Source of the DNA: Minisyncoccota bacterium
GTDB lineage: Bacteria > Patescibacteriota > Minisyncoccia > Phycocordibacterales > PALSA-1337
Length of the DNA stretch: 64,000 nucleotides
Direction of reading: 5' to 3'
Assembly: GCA_041665385.1 (NCBI GenBank)
Contig: JBAYIX010000001.1
Span: forward strand, 47,865 to 111,864
Shown here one piece after another: positions 9,515 to 18,496 of the stretch. Positions within the stretch are counted from its first letter, which is position 1, and the number at the start of each line of letters is the position of its first letter. The notes under the pieces are model-generated. The model saw nothing but the letters and a program-made list of their open reading frames with translations. It was not told the origin of the DNA and did not search any database. The position numbers were made by a program, and so were the translations under genes.

Positions 9515-11308
9515 TTATTGTGACAAGGACTGTTGTTTTTCCTGCCAATTACTAGATATGGTCGTACTACTGACTACAGTATTATATCCTGTCTTGGAAA
9601 TAGTGAGAGTATAGTTGCCCGCACTCAACCCCTGGAACAAAACTTGCCCCGGCGGGATACAATCGGAAGTATATGTAAAACCAACATCAGATACGGTAGC
9701 CGTAGAGGTCGAGACTTCTGTCGCAAGATAAGCGCGGTATCTGGCATACTGGTTTCCGTTTGTAACACTATTGAAAGAGGAATTCGATACTGTGTAATAA
9801 GTCGCATTGGTCCCATCCGGTCCAAAAAAATTCCATCCCAAAGGAGGTGTAGAGGAAGGCGACGTTGCAAACTGGAATCTTATGCTGGTAGAAGCCGGCT
9901 CATTGGTCGGTGACCAGATAAAGTTGTAAAAATTACTGATAGTACCTGTATCGAAAGTTGATGACTCCACATACCCGTTTGAGTTGTAGTTACCAAAGGC
10001 ATTGCGGAGCTGAATGCTTCCTGGAACCGCAGTGACATCTACATTTGTGTCGTCGGCAAAATACTGTGTGGGATTCGTAAAATCTACCTGTCCAGCGCCA
10101 CCCGACCAGTCATTTTGATTTAGGAAACCCTGCCCCGTGATTTTGGTAGTATCATACGACCCACCAACAAGTCGTACGCTAGCACCGGACAAAGGCAAGC
10201 CAGTTGAAGTATCGGTGACTGACACCATGAGGGAACGGGGATTTTTCGGCACGACGACGAGTTGGAGACTTACTGCGGCGCCGGGGTTGAGCGAGAGTGG
10301 ATTTGCCGGATTTAGACCTGCTAGATCATATACGCTGTCGTTTGGAGTTATGGCATATGCCGTATCCCATTCCATAGTAGGCAAGGTCAGCTGTCCAGAG
10401 GCATTTGTGACATGATTCACTGAATATTTTGGTACGCCGGTGCCGATCTGCTTCGAACCGGTAATATTGAAATGGTAAGCAGGTACTACGGCACACAGAG
10501 GAGACACACTGGAAACAGACAAAGCTGCTGAACGGTCGATAAAAAAATCTACAGAAGTGACTTGCCCCGTGACAACATTTGCATCGACATTTATGGGATT
10601 TGGATTGCCAGCTCCACCTAGAGGATATGTTTGGTCGCTAGAATACCCGATCTTACCGACTGTGATGTGGTATGCTCTCGAACCTGGAGGCACACCTACC
10701 AGAGCAAGCTTCCCCGTATTATCTGTGACATCATGAATGGTGATCGTGGATGTGCCCTGAGTGTTTACCGTCGTCACATCCGCATCTTGGACACTGCCAC
10801 CCACAGCATCGTGCACATGTATGAACAAGGAACCCGTATTTCCACTACTTTCCAATGACAAAGGAGCGACTTGACCGACAATACTGAAAGGAATCATGTT
10901 GTTGCAAGTGTTGCAGGATACAGTCAAGGATACGAGCTTGTTATCATTTGGTGCAGTATCATTTGGCGTTCCTCCTGCTACACTGTCTGCGGCCAAGTCT
11001 ATGTTGCGTATGATTGTCTTTACTGTGAATGTGGCTCCGCCACGAAGATATGTCTGTTCATAAAGCACGTTACCGTTCGGTATACTTCCTATCACACCCA
11101 CGTCGGAATATGGCATGTTTCTGATGATCTCCATTTGCTCTTCTGCAAGGTCTACCGCCAATTCCTGATATTGTGCGCTATTCATAAACCGGAACAAATT
11201 TACATAAGATCCATACACGGCCATAGCGACAATGACGAAGACCGCCACACCGATAACCGTCTCGACCAACGTGAATCCTCTCCGTCTAGATGCAGCGTTA
11301 TCTTTCAT
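9515..11308 (-). CDS. large type IV pilin-like protein (minor pilin/tip adhesin-like)
   Basis: MKDNAASRRRG|FTLVETVIGVAVFVIVAMAVYG is a canonical prepilin leader and N-methylation site. Followed by a 560-aa Thr/Ser/Gly/Asn-rich domain. Confidence 0.75.
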   Translation of the reverse strand: MKDNAASRRRGFTLVETVIGVAVFVIVAMAVYGSYVNLFRFMNSAQYQELAVDLAEEQMEIIRNMPYSDVGVIGSIPNGNVLYEQTYLRGGATFTVKTIIRNIDLAADSVAGGTPNDTAPNDNKLVSLTVSCNTCNNMIPFSIVGQVAPLSLESSGNTGSLFIHVHDAVGGSVQDADVTTVNTQGTSTITIHDVTDNTGKLALVGVPPGSRAYHITVGKIGYSSDQTYPLGGAGNPNPINVDANVVTGQVTSVDFFIDRSAALSVSSVSPLCAVVPAYHFNITGSKQIGTGVPKYSVNHVTNASGQLTLPTMEWDTAYAITPNDSVYDLAGLNPANPLSLNPGAAVSLQLVVVPKNPRSLMVSVTDTSTGLPLSGASVRLVGGSYDTTKITGQGFLNQNDWSGGAGQVDFTNPTQYFADDTNVDVTAVPGSIQLRNAFGNYNSNGYVESSTFDTGTISNFYNFIWSPTNEPASTSIRFQFATSPSSTPPLGWNFFGPDGTNATYYTVSNSSFNSVTNGNQYARYRAYLATEVSTSTATVSDVGFTYTSDCIPPGQVLFQGLSAGNYTLTISKTGYNTVVSSTTISSNWQEKQQSLSQ

Positions 11309-12525
11309 ATTGCATTTACAATGGAATACAGCGGAGATATCATAGATACCGCGAAAAACCCGACAGCACTACCGATGATGATCATAAGGAAGGGTTCGAT
11401 GATCGTAGACATATCCTTTGTCTTTTGTTCAACATCATCTTCATAGTATTCCGCTACACCCAAAAGCATATCTTTTATATTTCCAGTCTCTTCCCCCACA
11501 CTCATCATTTCCGAAAGGAAAATAGGATAGAGTTTGGTATTTTCGCCAAAAACTTTTGACATTGGCTCTCCGGTCTTTATCGCTCTGGAAGCCTGCTCGA
11601 GAACAGCACGAAAGTGAACGTTTTGAATAACTGTCGCCGTGATATTCACAGACTCGACAACATCAACACCAGCACCAAGGAGAGAAGAAAGTGTGCGCGA
11701 TGTCCTAGCGGCATTTACTTCTTGTACCAAAACGCCGACAACCGGGATCTTCAGGATCGCATAGTGGAGAAAACTCCTACCAAACGGACGATGCCCCCAA
11801 TAGTAGAGAGCAATGGCAACCAAAATGATGACGATGAGCACCCACAACCCTTGATTTTGGATGAGATTACTCACAAAGAGCACAGCCTGAGTAGACTTTG
11901 GCAGTTCTACATTTAGCTCGGTAAATGTCGACATCAGAGTAGGCACTACGAATATGAACATCAATATCCCGATTGCGATCATCAGACACAATATGACTCC
12001 AGGATATATGAGAGCTCCGCGCACTTTCCTTTCCAGGTTATAGGAATTGTCCATCTGAAGAGCGATAACCTTGAGCGATTCCGCCAATGTTCCCGACTGT
12101 TCGCCGGCTCGGACCATGGATATCACGAGCGGTGGAAAAACTTTCGGATATTTTGCCAAACCATCAGAGAAGGTATCACCGCTAGTCACAGTCGCCAATA
12201 CTCCGACAATAATTGACTTGAGTTTTTTGTTTTGAGATTGTTTTTCCAAGACCGAGAGTGCCCTTCCGAGAGGCAGTCCCGCTTCGAGCATAGAACCTAG
12301 ATTTCGGCAAAAATGTATTTTTTCTATCATCTTGACTCGGTTGAGTACACTCGGCATGTCATTTAGTTTGGCCAAAAAATGGAAAGGTGTCTTTTCCTGA
12401 AAGGTCAAAATGTCATCTCCACTTTCTCGGAGCATGCGGTACAGCTCGAAACGGTCGGCGACATCCTTTTCGCCTGTATACACTTCACCACTCTGACGTT
12501 TGGCTTTAAATATGAAATGTGACAT
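11305..12525 (-). CDS. pilC: type IV pilus assembly platform protein PilC (GspF family). Likely start at 12525, overlapping the pilB stop as TAATG
   Basis: Two GspF repeats, three transmembrane segments, C-terminal PLYSIVNAI. Start MSHFIFKAKRQSGEVYTGE is typical of PilC; the ORF track extends to 12579. Confidence 0.85.
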   Translation of the reverse strand: MSHFIFKAKRQSGEVYTGEKDVADRFELYRMLRESGDDILTFQEKTPFHFLAKLNDMPSVLNRVKMIEKIHFCRNLGSMLEAGLPLGRALSVLEKQSQNKKLKSIIVGVLATVTSGDTFSDGLAKYPKVFPPLVISMVRAGEQSGTLAESLKVIALQMDNSYNLERKVRGALIYPGVILCLMIAIGILMFIFVVPTLMSTFTELNVELPKSTQAVLFVSNLIQNQGLWVLIVIILVAIALYYWGHRPFGRSFLHYAILKIPVVGVLVQEVNAARTSRTLSSLLGAGVDVVESVNITATVIQNVHFRAVLEQASRAIKTGEPMSKVFGENTKLYPIFLSEMMSVGEETGNIKDMLLGVAEYYEDDVEQKTKDMSTIIEPFLMIIIGSAVGFFAVSMISPLYSIVNAI

Positions 12526-14306
12526 TACTCTGTGATTACACGGAGAACTTCCTCTATAGTAGTGAGGCCGGTCACGCATTTGTATATACCATCCTCAAAC
12601 ATTGTGAGCATACCCTCTTTCTTTGCTTGGACCTCTATCTCCGCCGCTGTCGCATCTTTCATAACCATTTCTTTTATTGTCTGGGTCATAAGAAGGACTT
12701 CATGGATACCTATACGACTCTTGTAACCTTCATCGTCTCCGACAGGTGATGCCTTCCAAAAAGGTATCTTGTCCCAGGTATCGCTCGGCTTCACGGCTTT
12801 GTCCGCCTTGAGGGCGGCGAGGACATGATCGAGATCCACCATCTTTTGCAACTGGGCAAACTCGGCCTTGGATAGAAAATATTTTTCTTTTGTCTCAGTA
12901 AGCCTTCGGACGAGCCTCTGGCCGATGACAATATTGAGAGTAGAGACGAGGAGGAAGGATTCTACTTTCATATCGAGGAGACGAGGTATGGCACCTGCAG
13001 CAGAGTTCGTATGCAATGTAGATAGCACCAAGTGACCAGTAAGTGCGGCATTCACACCGAGAGCGGCCGTCTCATTGTCGCGTATCTCACCCACCATGAT
13101 GATATCTGGGTCCTGACGGACGAGAGTGCGTATACCCTGAGCAAAGCTAAAACCAATGTCTGGCTTGACCTGAGTCTGATTTATACGAGCCATCTGGTAT
13201 TCTATAGGATCTTCGATTGTGGAAATGTTCACATCCGGAGTATTGAGGAGATCGAGCATAGTATACAGTGTAGTCGTCTTTCCGGATCCTGTAGGCCCGG
13301 TAGTGAGGATCATGCCCGTGGTCTGCTTTAGTGCCTTGTGAATACGCTCCAGTCCCTCGCCGTGAAAATTTAGATACTCCAATGTAAAACCGGAAATATT
13401 TTCGCGGAGGAGACGCATGACGGTCTTTTCACCGTAATACGTGGGCAATATGGAAACACGAAAAGAAACTTTTTCATTATTCATGTCCACCTTGAATCGT
13501 CCGTCCTGTGGGAGACGCTTCTCATCTAGTTTGAGATTGGAAAGAACCTTGATGCGTGCAGTGATGGATGAACCCGCCTGTTTTGGGAGCACCATAGCGT
13601 CGCGGAGGAGACCGTCTATACGGTAACGGACTAGGACCTGTCCTTCCATCTGCTCTATATGTATGTCAGAAGCATTTTGGAGAATGGCGTGTTTTATGAG
13701 AGTGTCGACTATGCGCACTACCGGCAAATCTGTGGCTATTTTCTTCAAATCCTCCTCGGAAACAGCTTCACCCTTTTCTTCCGATATCATCCTCATAGTC
13801 TCTGTCTCTTTTTGGATGATATCTCCAAACTCGGCTTTCAAACTTTTTTGATATTGCACCAACGCCTCCTTTATGGAGTCCGCATCCGTGAGTCGGGGAA
13901 GGATTTTCAGATTTACTTTCTTTTTTATAAAGTCTATAGCAGAAAGATCATTCACATCGAGCATTGCTACTTCGAGCGAGGTATCGTTTTTCTTGAATGC
14001 GACTATGTTGTGAGTGCGAGCAATAGGTTCCGGTATGAGCGAAAGGGTTTCAAAGGGAGTTTTCTTGCCTTTCAGATCTACGAATGGGATGCCGAGCACA
14101 TAGGCATTCATCCTACGGAGATTGTCCGCGGTGATCTTGCCCTCTGTGACGAGTGTGTCTCCCAGATGTTTGTTATTCTCGTTGGACTCTTTCTTTGCAA
14201 CCTCCAAGTCTTCCTTGGAAACTAGTCCCGAGTCGAGGATAAATTTATAAAGTTGGGTATCCTCAATGAGCATTGCTAGAATTATACCATATGTTATACT
14301 GTCCAC
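12525..14306 (-). CDS. pilB: type IV pilus assembly ATPase PilB (GspE family)
   Basis: N-terminal GspE_N-like domain, Walker A GPTGSGKTTTLY, Asp box and His box, and the tetracysteine region is degenerate. Length 593 aa. Confidence 0.9.
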   Translation of the reverse strand: MDSITYGIILAMLIEDTQLYKFILDSGLVSKEDLEVAKKESNENNKHLGDTLVTEGKITADNLRRMNAYVLGIPFVDLKGKKTPFETLSLIPEPIARTHNIVAFKKNDTSLEVAMLDVNDLSAIDFIKKKVNLKILPRLTDADSIKEALVQYQKSLKAEFGDIIQKETETMRMISEEKGEAVSEEDLKKIATDLPVVRIVDTLIKHAILQNASDIHIEQMEGQVLVRYRIDGLLRDAMVLPKQAGSSITARIKVLSNLKLDEKRLPQDGRFKVDMNNEKVSFRVSILPTYYGEKTVMRLLRENISGFTLEYLNFHGEGLERIHKALKQTTGMILTTGPTGSGKTTTLYTMLDLLNTPDVNISTIEDPIEYQMARINQTQVKPDIGFSFAQGIRTLVRQDPDIIMVGEIRDNETAALGVNAALTGHLVLSTLHTNSAAGAIPRLLDMKVESFLLVSTLNIVIGQRLVRRLTETKEKYFLSKAEFAQLQKMVDLDHVLAALKADKAVKPSDTWDKIPFWKASPVGDDEGYKSRIGIHEVLLMTQTIKEMVMKDATAAEIEVQAKKEGMLTMFEDGIYKCVTGLTTIEEVLRVITE

Positions 14307-14362
14307 ATCCCGTATGTTCGCCCGAAAGGCGAACTATTTTATTAAAAGAGTGAGTTTATACA

Positions 14363-14478
14363 TCGGTGTGAGGTGTGCACTACTTTGTTTTTGTTCAAAT
14401 TGAAGAGTTACCTCGAACTCTGCCCGTTGGTTTTTATCCAATTTGAACAAAAACAAAGTAGTGCACACCTCACACCGA
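14363..14478. repeat. hairpin element copy E1: 40-bp perfect inverted repeat with a 36-nt loop
   Basis: Left arm cggtgtgaggtgtgcactactttgtttttgttcaaattg is the exact reverse complement of the right arm. Loop aagagttacctcgaactctgcccgttggtttttatc. Ends 12 nt before the nusA start. Confidence 0.85.
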
Positions 14479-14489
14479 CAATAATCAAC

Positions 14490-15650
14490 ATGTTTGACTT
14501 AAAAGTAATCAATTCCGTCGTAGAACAACTCGAAGAAGAGCGCGGTATTCCCCGTGAAAAAACTCTCGAGGCTATTGCCATGTCTCTCGCTACGGCTTAC
14601 AAGAAAGAATTTGGCAAAAAAGGCCAGATAATAAGGGCTTCATTTGACGTGAACAGCGGCCAGGTAGAATTTTGGCAGGTAAAAGTCGTGGTAGACAGGG
14701 ACCAGGTCATCATGGAAGGAGACGAAGAGATGGCTCATGAGGAGATAAAGGATGCAAATGTCGACGATATCAAGATCCGTTTCAACCCGGAACAGCACAT
14801 GCTTTTCGAGGACGCTCAGAAGATAAAGAAGGATGCCGCCATCGGCGACGAGCTGGTATTCCCTCTAGAAGCAAAGGCAGACTTTGGACGCATAGCGGCA
14901 CAGACCGCAAAGCAGGTCATCATCCAAAAGATTCGCGAAGCAGAGAAAACTTCGGTTTTAGGTGAATTTGGCCAGAAGGAGGGCGAAATAGTAGCAGGGA
15001 CAGTAGAACGAGTAGAGAGAGGCGTAGTCTATATCAATATGGGCCGTGCTCTGGGCATGATCCCTTACGAAGAACAGATACCGAGTGAGCGCTGGAAAAC
15101 TGGCGACCGTATCCGTGCATACCTATATGCAGTAGAGGAGTCCCCTCGTGGCATCATGCTAAAGCTTTCCCGTGCTCATCCCAAGTTCCTGTCCAAACTC
15201 TTCGAGACCGAAACTCCGGAAATAGCGGCTGGAACTGTAGAGATCAAGGCCATCGCCCGCGAAGCGGGCTCACGCTCCAAGATCGCTGTCATATCTCACG
15301 ATCCTCATATCGACCCTATCGGTTCCATGGTCGGACAACGTGGGGTGCGTGTCTCGACGGTGACGAGCGAACTTTCTGGCGAAAAAATAGATATAGTAGA
15401 GTGGAATGAAGATCCTGCGCTGTTTATCGAGGAATCTCTCTCCCCTGCGGAAGTCGTCAGTCTGGAATTGATAGACGAAGAACATCGTGCAATTGTGACA
15501 GTGACAGAAGACGAACAATCCCTAGCTATCGGCAAGGGTGGTCAAAATGTCCGCCTCGCGGCCAAACTCACCGGCTGGAAGATAGATATAAAGTCTGCAG
15601 GAGGGAATGCGACTACAGGAGGTGATGAAGAAAAGGAGGCTACGAAATAA
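14490..15650 (+). CDS. nusA: transcription termination/antitermination factor NusA. Start at 14490; the ORF track extends upstream through the hairpin
   Basis: MFDLKVINSVVEQLEEERGIPREKTLEAIAMSLATAYKK, S1 domain and two KH domains (IGKGGQNVRLAAKLTGWKIDI). Confidence 0.9.
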   Translation: MFDLKVINSVVEQLEEERGIPREKTLEAIAMSLATAYKKEFGKKGQIIRASFDVNSGQVEFWQVKVVVDRDQVIMEGDEEMAHEEIKDANVDDIKIRFNPEQHMLFEDAQKIKKDAAIGDELVFPLEAKADFGRIAAQTAKQVIIQKIREAEKTSVLGEFGQKEGEIVAGTVERVERGVVYINMGRALGMIPYEEQIPSERWKTGDRIRAYLYAVEESPRGIMLKLSRAHPKFLSKLFETETPEIAAGTVEIKAIAREAGSRSKIAVISHDPHIDPIGSMVGQRGVRVSTVTSELSGEKIDIVEWNEDPALFIEESLSPAEVVSLELIDEEHRAIVTVTEDEQSLAIGKGGQNVRLAAKLTGWKIDIKSAGGNATTGGDEEKEATK

Positions 15651-15677
15651 GAACGAGTAAGGTTAGAAAGGCAAAAA

Positions 15678-15701
15678 AACCGCAGTAATAGCGGCTTTTT
15701 T
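15678..15701. terminator. weak bidirectional terminator between nusA (+) and the reverse transcriptase gene (-)
   Basis: aaaaaaaccgc-agtaata-gcggctttttt: a 4-bp GC stem flanked by an A-run and a T-run. Confidence 0.35.
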
Positions 15702-15708
15702 GTATGTT

Positions 15709-16719
15709 TTAATTTACTTTTGCTGATGCTTTTTCACGTAGAACTCTGAAACTTAACTTTCGGCAATTTCCATGACTCATTAGCCCTAGATACGAATTTG
15801 CCGACTTCTCTTTCCACTGATTCAAAATCAAATTCCTAAACATTCTTTTCTTGGTTGTTGTTCGCAGAACTCTGTGGTCCGGAAAATGCACCCACCCCAA
15901 AAAATCAACTCCTGAAGCAATCGTGGAAATAGAAACCTTATTTGGATGCATAGTAAGTCTCAACTTCTCTTCTAAAAAAGACTGCATCTTTGGCAAATGG
16001 CTTTCAAGATATGACCTGTTTTGCGACAACACGACAAAATCGTCAGCATAACGAATATAGTATTTTACTTTGAGCTTGTGCTTCACATATTGGTCAAACT
16101 CATTCATGTAGATATTCACGAGAAGTTGCGAGGTGAGGTTGCCGAGTGGGAGACCGACTCCTTTTGTACCAGAGTTGAAACTACTGACGATTTCAGAGAC
16201 GAGCCTCATAATGTCTCGGCCCGGGATATATTTGCCTATAATACTGAGTAGTATCGTCTGATCAATATTCGCAAAAAACTTTTTGATATCGCATTTGAGA
16301 ACCCATGTTGTACGAGTATTATTTTGCGAGACCGAACGAGAAAATTGCTCGAAACGCTTTAGTGCTCGATGTGTGCCCTTTCCGATCTGACATGAATGTG
16401 AATCCGATATAAATGTTTTTTTGAAAAATGGATAGAGAATGCGGTGTAAGGCATGGTTAACAAGCCTGTCTCGAACGCTCGCCTTATGAATATCCCGCGG
16501 CTTTGGGTCAGAAATCCTAAACGCCTGATATGCTGAATGCGAATATGTTTTTGTGGCAAGCTCGTGGTGAAGCAATATTATATTTGTCATCAAATCTCGC
16601 TCAAACCCTTGAACGTCTTTCCGCGCTCGCTTGTCGCACACAAATTCTTTCCATGCCAAAAGAAGATTTTCGAGAGAAATGATATCATTGTATGCATGTT
16701 GAAAAATAATTTTGGACAT
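15709..16719 (-). CDS. reverse transcriptase of a diversity-generating retroelement (DGR)
   Basis: RT motifs including YIRYADDFVVL (YxDD) and GLPLGNLTSQLLVNIYMNEFD. The [ILV]GxxxSQ motif, replacing the usual QGxxxSP, is the DGR-RT signature. Avd and a TR/VR pair lie adjacent. Confidence 0.88.
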   Translation of the reverse strand: MSKIIFQHAYNDIISLENLLLAWKEFVCDKRARKDVQGFERDLMTNIILLHHELATKTYSHSAYQAFRISDPKPRDIHKASVRDRLVNHALHRILYPFFKKTFISDSHSCQIGKGTHRALKRFEQFSRSVSQNNTRTTWVLKCDIKKFFANIDQTILLSIIGKYIPGRDIMRLVSEIVSSFNSGTKGVGLPLGNLTSQLLVNIYMNEFDQYVKHKLKVKYYIRYADDFVVLSQNRSYLESHLPKMQSFLEEKLRLTMHPNKVSISTIASGVDFLGWVHFPDHRVLRTTTKKRMFRNLILNQWKEKSANSYLGLMSHGNCRKLSFRVLREKASAKVN

Positions 16720-17136
16720 AAAGATAGCGTCAGTCAGTCAGTCAGTCAGTCAGTCAGTCAGTCAGTCAGTCAGTCAGTCAAGATTTTACCTGTTCTAAAT
16801 AAGGTAAAGAGTGCTTATCTGACATGGTACAGATTTTATCAAGATCTCCCGAAGACACATAGACATTCTATAGGACAGCGTATCGATACTTTGTTTGTTG
16901 AGCTGATAGAAGCGATATCGGCGGCAAGTTTCTTATCACGTGAGGAGAAACATCCGTATGTCAGACTAGCAATCAAAAAGCTCGATACCCTACGCGTACT
17001 TCTCATGATCCTTTGGGAAATAAAATCTTTTGATGACAAGAAATATATTACCCTTTCTGTAATGATTGATGAGGCTGGAAAAATGCTTGGTGGATGGAAC
17101 GGTCAGCTTACAAAACAAAACTCTCCCAAGAAATAG
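16696..17136 (+). CDS. avd: DGR accessory variability determinant (Avd-like four-helix-bundle protein). Start at ATG 16696 reading through the (GTCA)n tract is an inference
   Basis: The region after the repeat (PKTHRHSIGQRIDTLFVELIEAISAAS...LAIKKLDTLRVLLMILWEIKSFDDKKYITLSVMIDEAGKMLGGWNGQL) parallels Bordetella phage bAvd (PRKHGVAREMFLKCLLGQVELF...QVETAQVLIAEVGRILGSWIARV). There is no in-frame ATG between the repeat and this domain; the nearest upstream ATG is 16696, overlapping the RT start by 24 nt. Confidence 0.7.
   Translation: MLKNNFGHKDSVSQSVSQSVSQSVSQSVKILPVLNKVKSAYLTWYRFYQDLPKTHRHSIGQRIDTLFVELIEAISAASFLSREEKHPYVRLAIKKLDTLRVLLMILWEIKSFDDKKYITLSVMIDEAGKMLGGWNGQLTKQNSPKK
16729..16780. 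repeat. perfect tetranucleotide microsatellite (GTCA)x13
   Basis: gtcagtca... repeated 13 times without interruption. Lies 10-60 nt upstream of the RT start (minus strand) and inside the 5' end of the avd reading frame (plus strand), where it translates as (VSQS)n. Confidence 0.95.
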
Positions 17137-17154
17137 GGAGAGAAATGAAGTGAG

Positions 17155-17255
17155 TTGCGAACACCAGCGAACCACCAGTTGTCGTTCCAGTCGTTGTCGT
17201 TGCGGTTGACGTTCACCTTGCGCTTGTCGTTCCAACGGTTGAACGTGGCGTAGCA
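17155..17255 (-). repeat. DGR template repeat (TR)
   Basis: Non-coding; matches the 3' end of the downstream minus-strand target gene. All mismatches fall at minus-strand adenines of this copy (plus-strand T), e.g. ttg/cgg, tcg/ccg, ttc/agc. Blocks of 24, 18 and 18 nt are identical. Confidence 0.85.
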
Positions 17256-17642
17256 TTGTATGGAGTCTCGTCTATTTCACTGCCCCTCGAATACTCTCAG
17301 AGCTGTATCGAATCCGGCATCTCATTCAGCAGAATGACCTACTGGGTTTATGCCTTAAAACTCCATACCAAGTAGCTTCATTTTTTTGAAGTGTCTGCAT
17401 GCACCACCCTATCCAAAGCCTCATTTAGCAAAATGACCACTGGGTTGACCGTGGATACTCTCGATGCATGGATACTGGTTTCGGTAGCGGGAAGCCGTAA
17501 CCGCCCGCATATTCACCTACTGCCGGAATAAGTATAACTGGTTTTATATAAAAAAATTAGCCCCACATCCAAAATTAATTGAATGCAGGGCTAAGGACCA
17601 AGTTTCTAAGGACCGGAGTCCAAAGCGACTTAGTGTTGAGAA

Positions 17643-18275
17643 CTACTTGCGAACACCAGCGAACCACCAGCGGCCGAGCCAGCCGCCGCCCCAGCCGTCG
17701 CCGTTGCGGTTGACGTTCACCAGGCGCCCGCCGTCCCAACGGTTGAACGTGGCGAAGCACCAGTTGCCTTTGGCATCTTTCCAATGAGTGCCGTGGGGCT
17801 TCTCATCGGCGAAGGCGGGATCGGCTTCATTCACGGCGGCGACAGAGATCGGATCGACGGGCTTGAGACCACGCAGTTCGAACTCTTTTTCGAGGTCGTC
17901 ATCGGAGATGAAACCATTGCGGTTCGAGAGGTCGGGTTTGAAGAACACAACCTCGACTTCGTCGCCTTCACCTTTCGGCATCGCATCCACGACCTTGCGG
18001 TCCGTGTACTGCGCGCGGCCGGTGGCCTCGATCGCCTCTTGCGGAAAGCGACTACGATTCACCTTGATGGTGCGGACGATGAGGTTCGAGACCGCTTCAG
18101 CGCGTTCGCAGAAGGGCGTAAACATCATCATTCCGAGATTCTCGACGCCGAGAACCTGTTGAGCGACGTCCGAGGTGATCGAGGAGCGATGCTTGCGCAT
18201 CGCGTCGCGGAGTTTGTTGACGGCATTTTCGATTTGGCCGTCGGTCATTTCGGCTGCAGTCATGATCTGTGTCAT
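17643..18275 (-). CDS. DGR variable (target) protein with a C-terminal variable region, probably C-type lectin / FGE-like fold
   Basis: 210 aa. C-terminus ...HGTHWKDAKGNWCFATFNRWDGGRLVNVNRNGDGWGGGWLGRWWFAGVRK is encoded by the VR. GC content is visibly higher than surrounding genes. No obvious signal peptide. Confidence 0.75.
   Translation of the reverse strand: MTQIMTAAEMTDGQIENAVNKLRDAMRKHRSSITSDVAQQVLGVENLGMMMFTPFCERAEAVSNLIVRTIKVNRSRFPQEAIEATGRAQYTDRKVVDAMPKGEGDEVEVVFFKPDLSNRNGFISDDDLEKEFELRGLKPVDPISVAAVNEADPAFADEKPHGTHWKDAKGNWCFATFNRWDGGRLVNVNRNGDGWGGGWLGRWWFAGVRK
17647..17759 (-). repeat. DGR variable repeat (VR) at the 3' end of the target gene
   Basis: Direct repeat of the TR with substitutions only at TR adenines. 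It is 12 nt longer than the TR, with a (ccg/cag) expansion. It ends 1 nt from the target stop codon. The 24-nt identical 3' block ttgcgaacaccagcgaaccaccag is an IMH-like GC-rich segment. Confidence 0.85.
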
Positions 18276-18496
18276 GGTGTCATCCTTTCTTTTTGATTTC
18301 GACTTATATGTAAGAACTGTTCACAATAATTATACTCCTATTATCACCCATTGTCAATAGCTCCCGGTCCTGCCAAAATACCCCTATATTAAGCCCCAAT
18401 CATTGCATATTTGGCCCTTTTTTATTAGAATGCGCACATTGACAATTATTAGAAGGAAGACTAAAAGCCTCCCAAAAAGGGAGTAATAATACCAAA

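Noticed and set aside
16537-16695. Upstream extension of the avd ORF to an ATG at 16537
   Set aside because: Would overlap the divergent RT coding region by 180 nt. ATG 16696 (24-nt overlap) is the more parsimonious start, although even that is an inference.
16990-17256. 88-aa minus-strand ORF (…RQPQRQRLERQ…) overlapping avd and the TR
   Set aside because: Arises from the repetitive, GC-biased TR sequence, is antisense to the well-supported avd gene, and has low-complexity Arg/Gln composition. Treated as non-coding TR.
17575-17784. 69-aa minus-strand ORF over the VR in an alternate frame
   Set aside because: Same repeat-driven artefact as above; the VR belongs to the 17643-18275 target gene frame.
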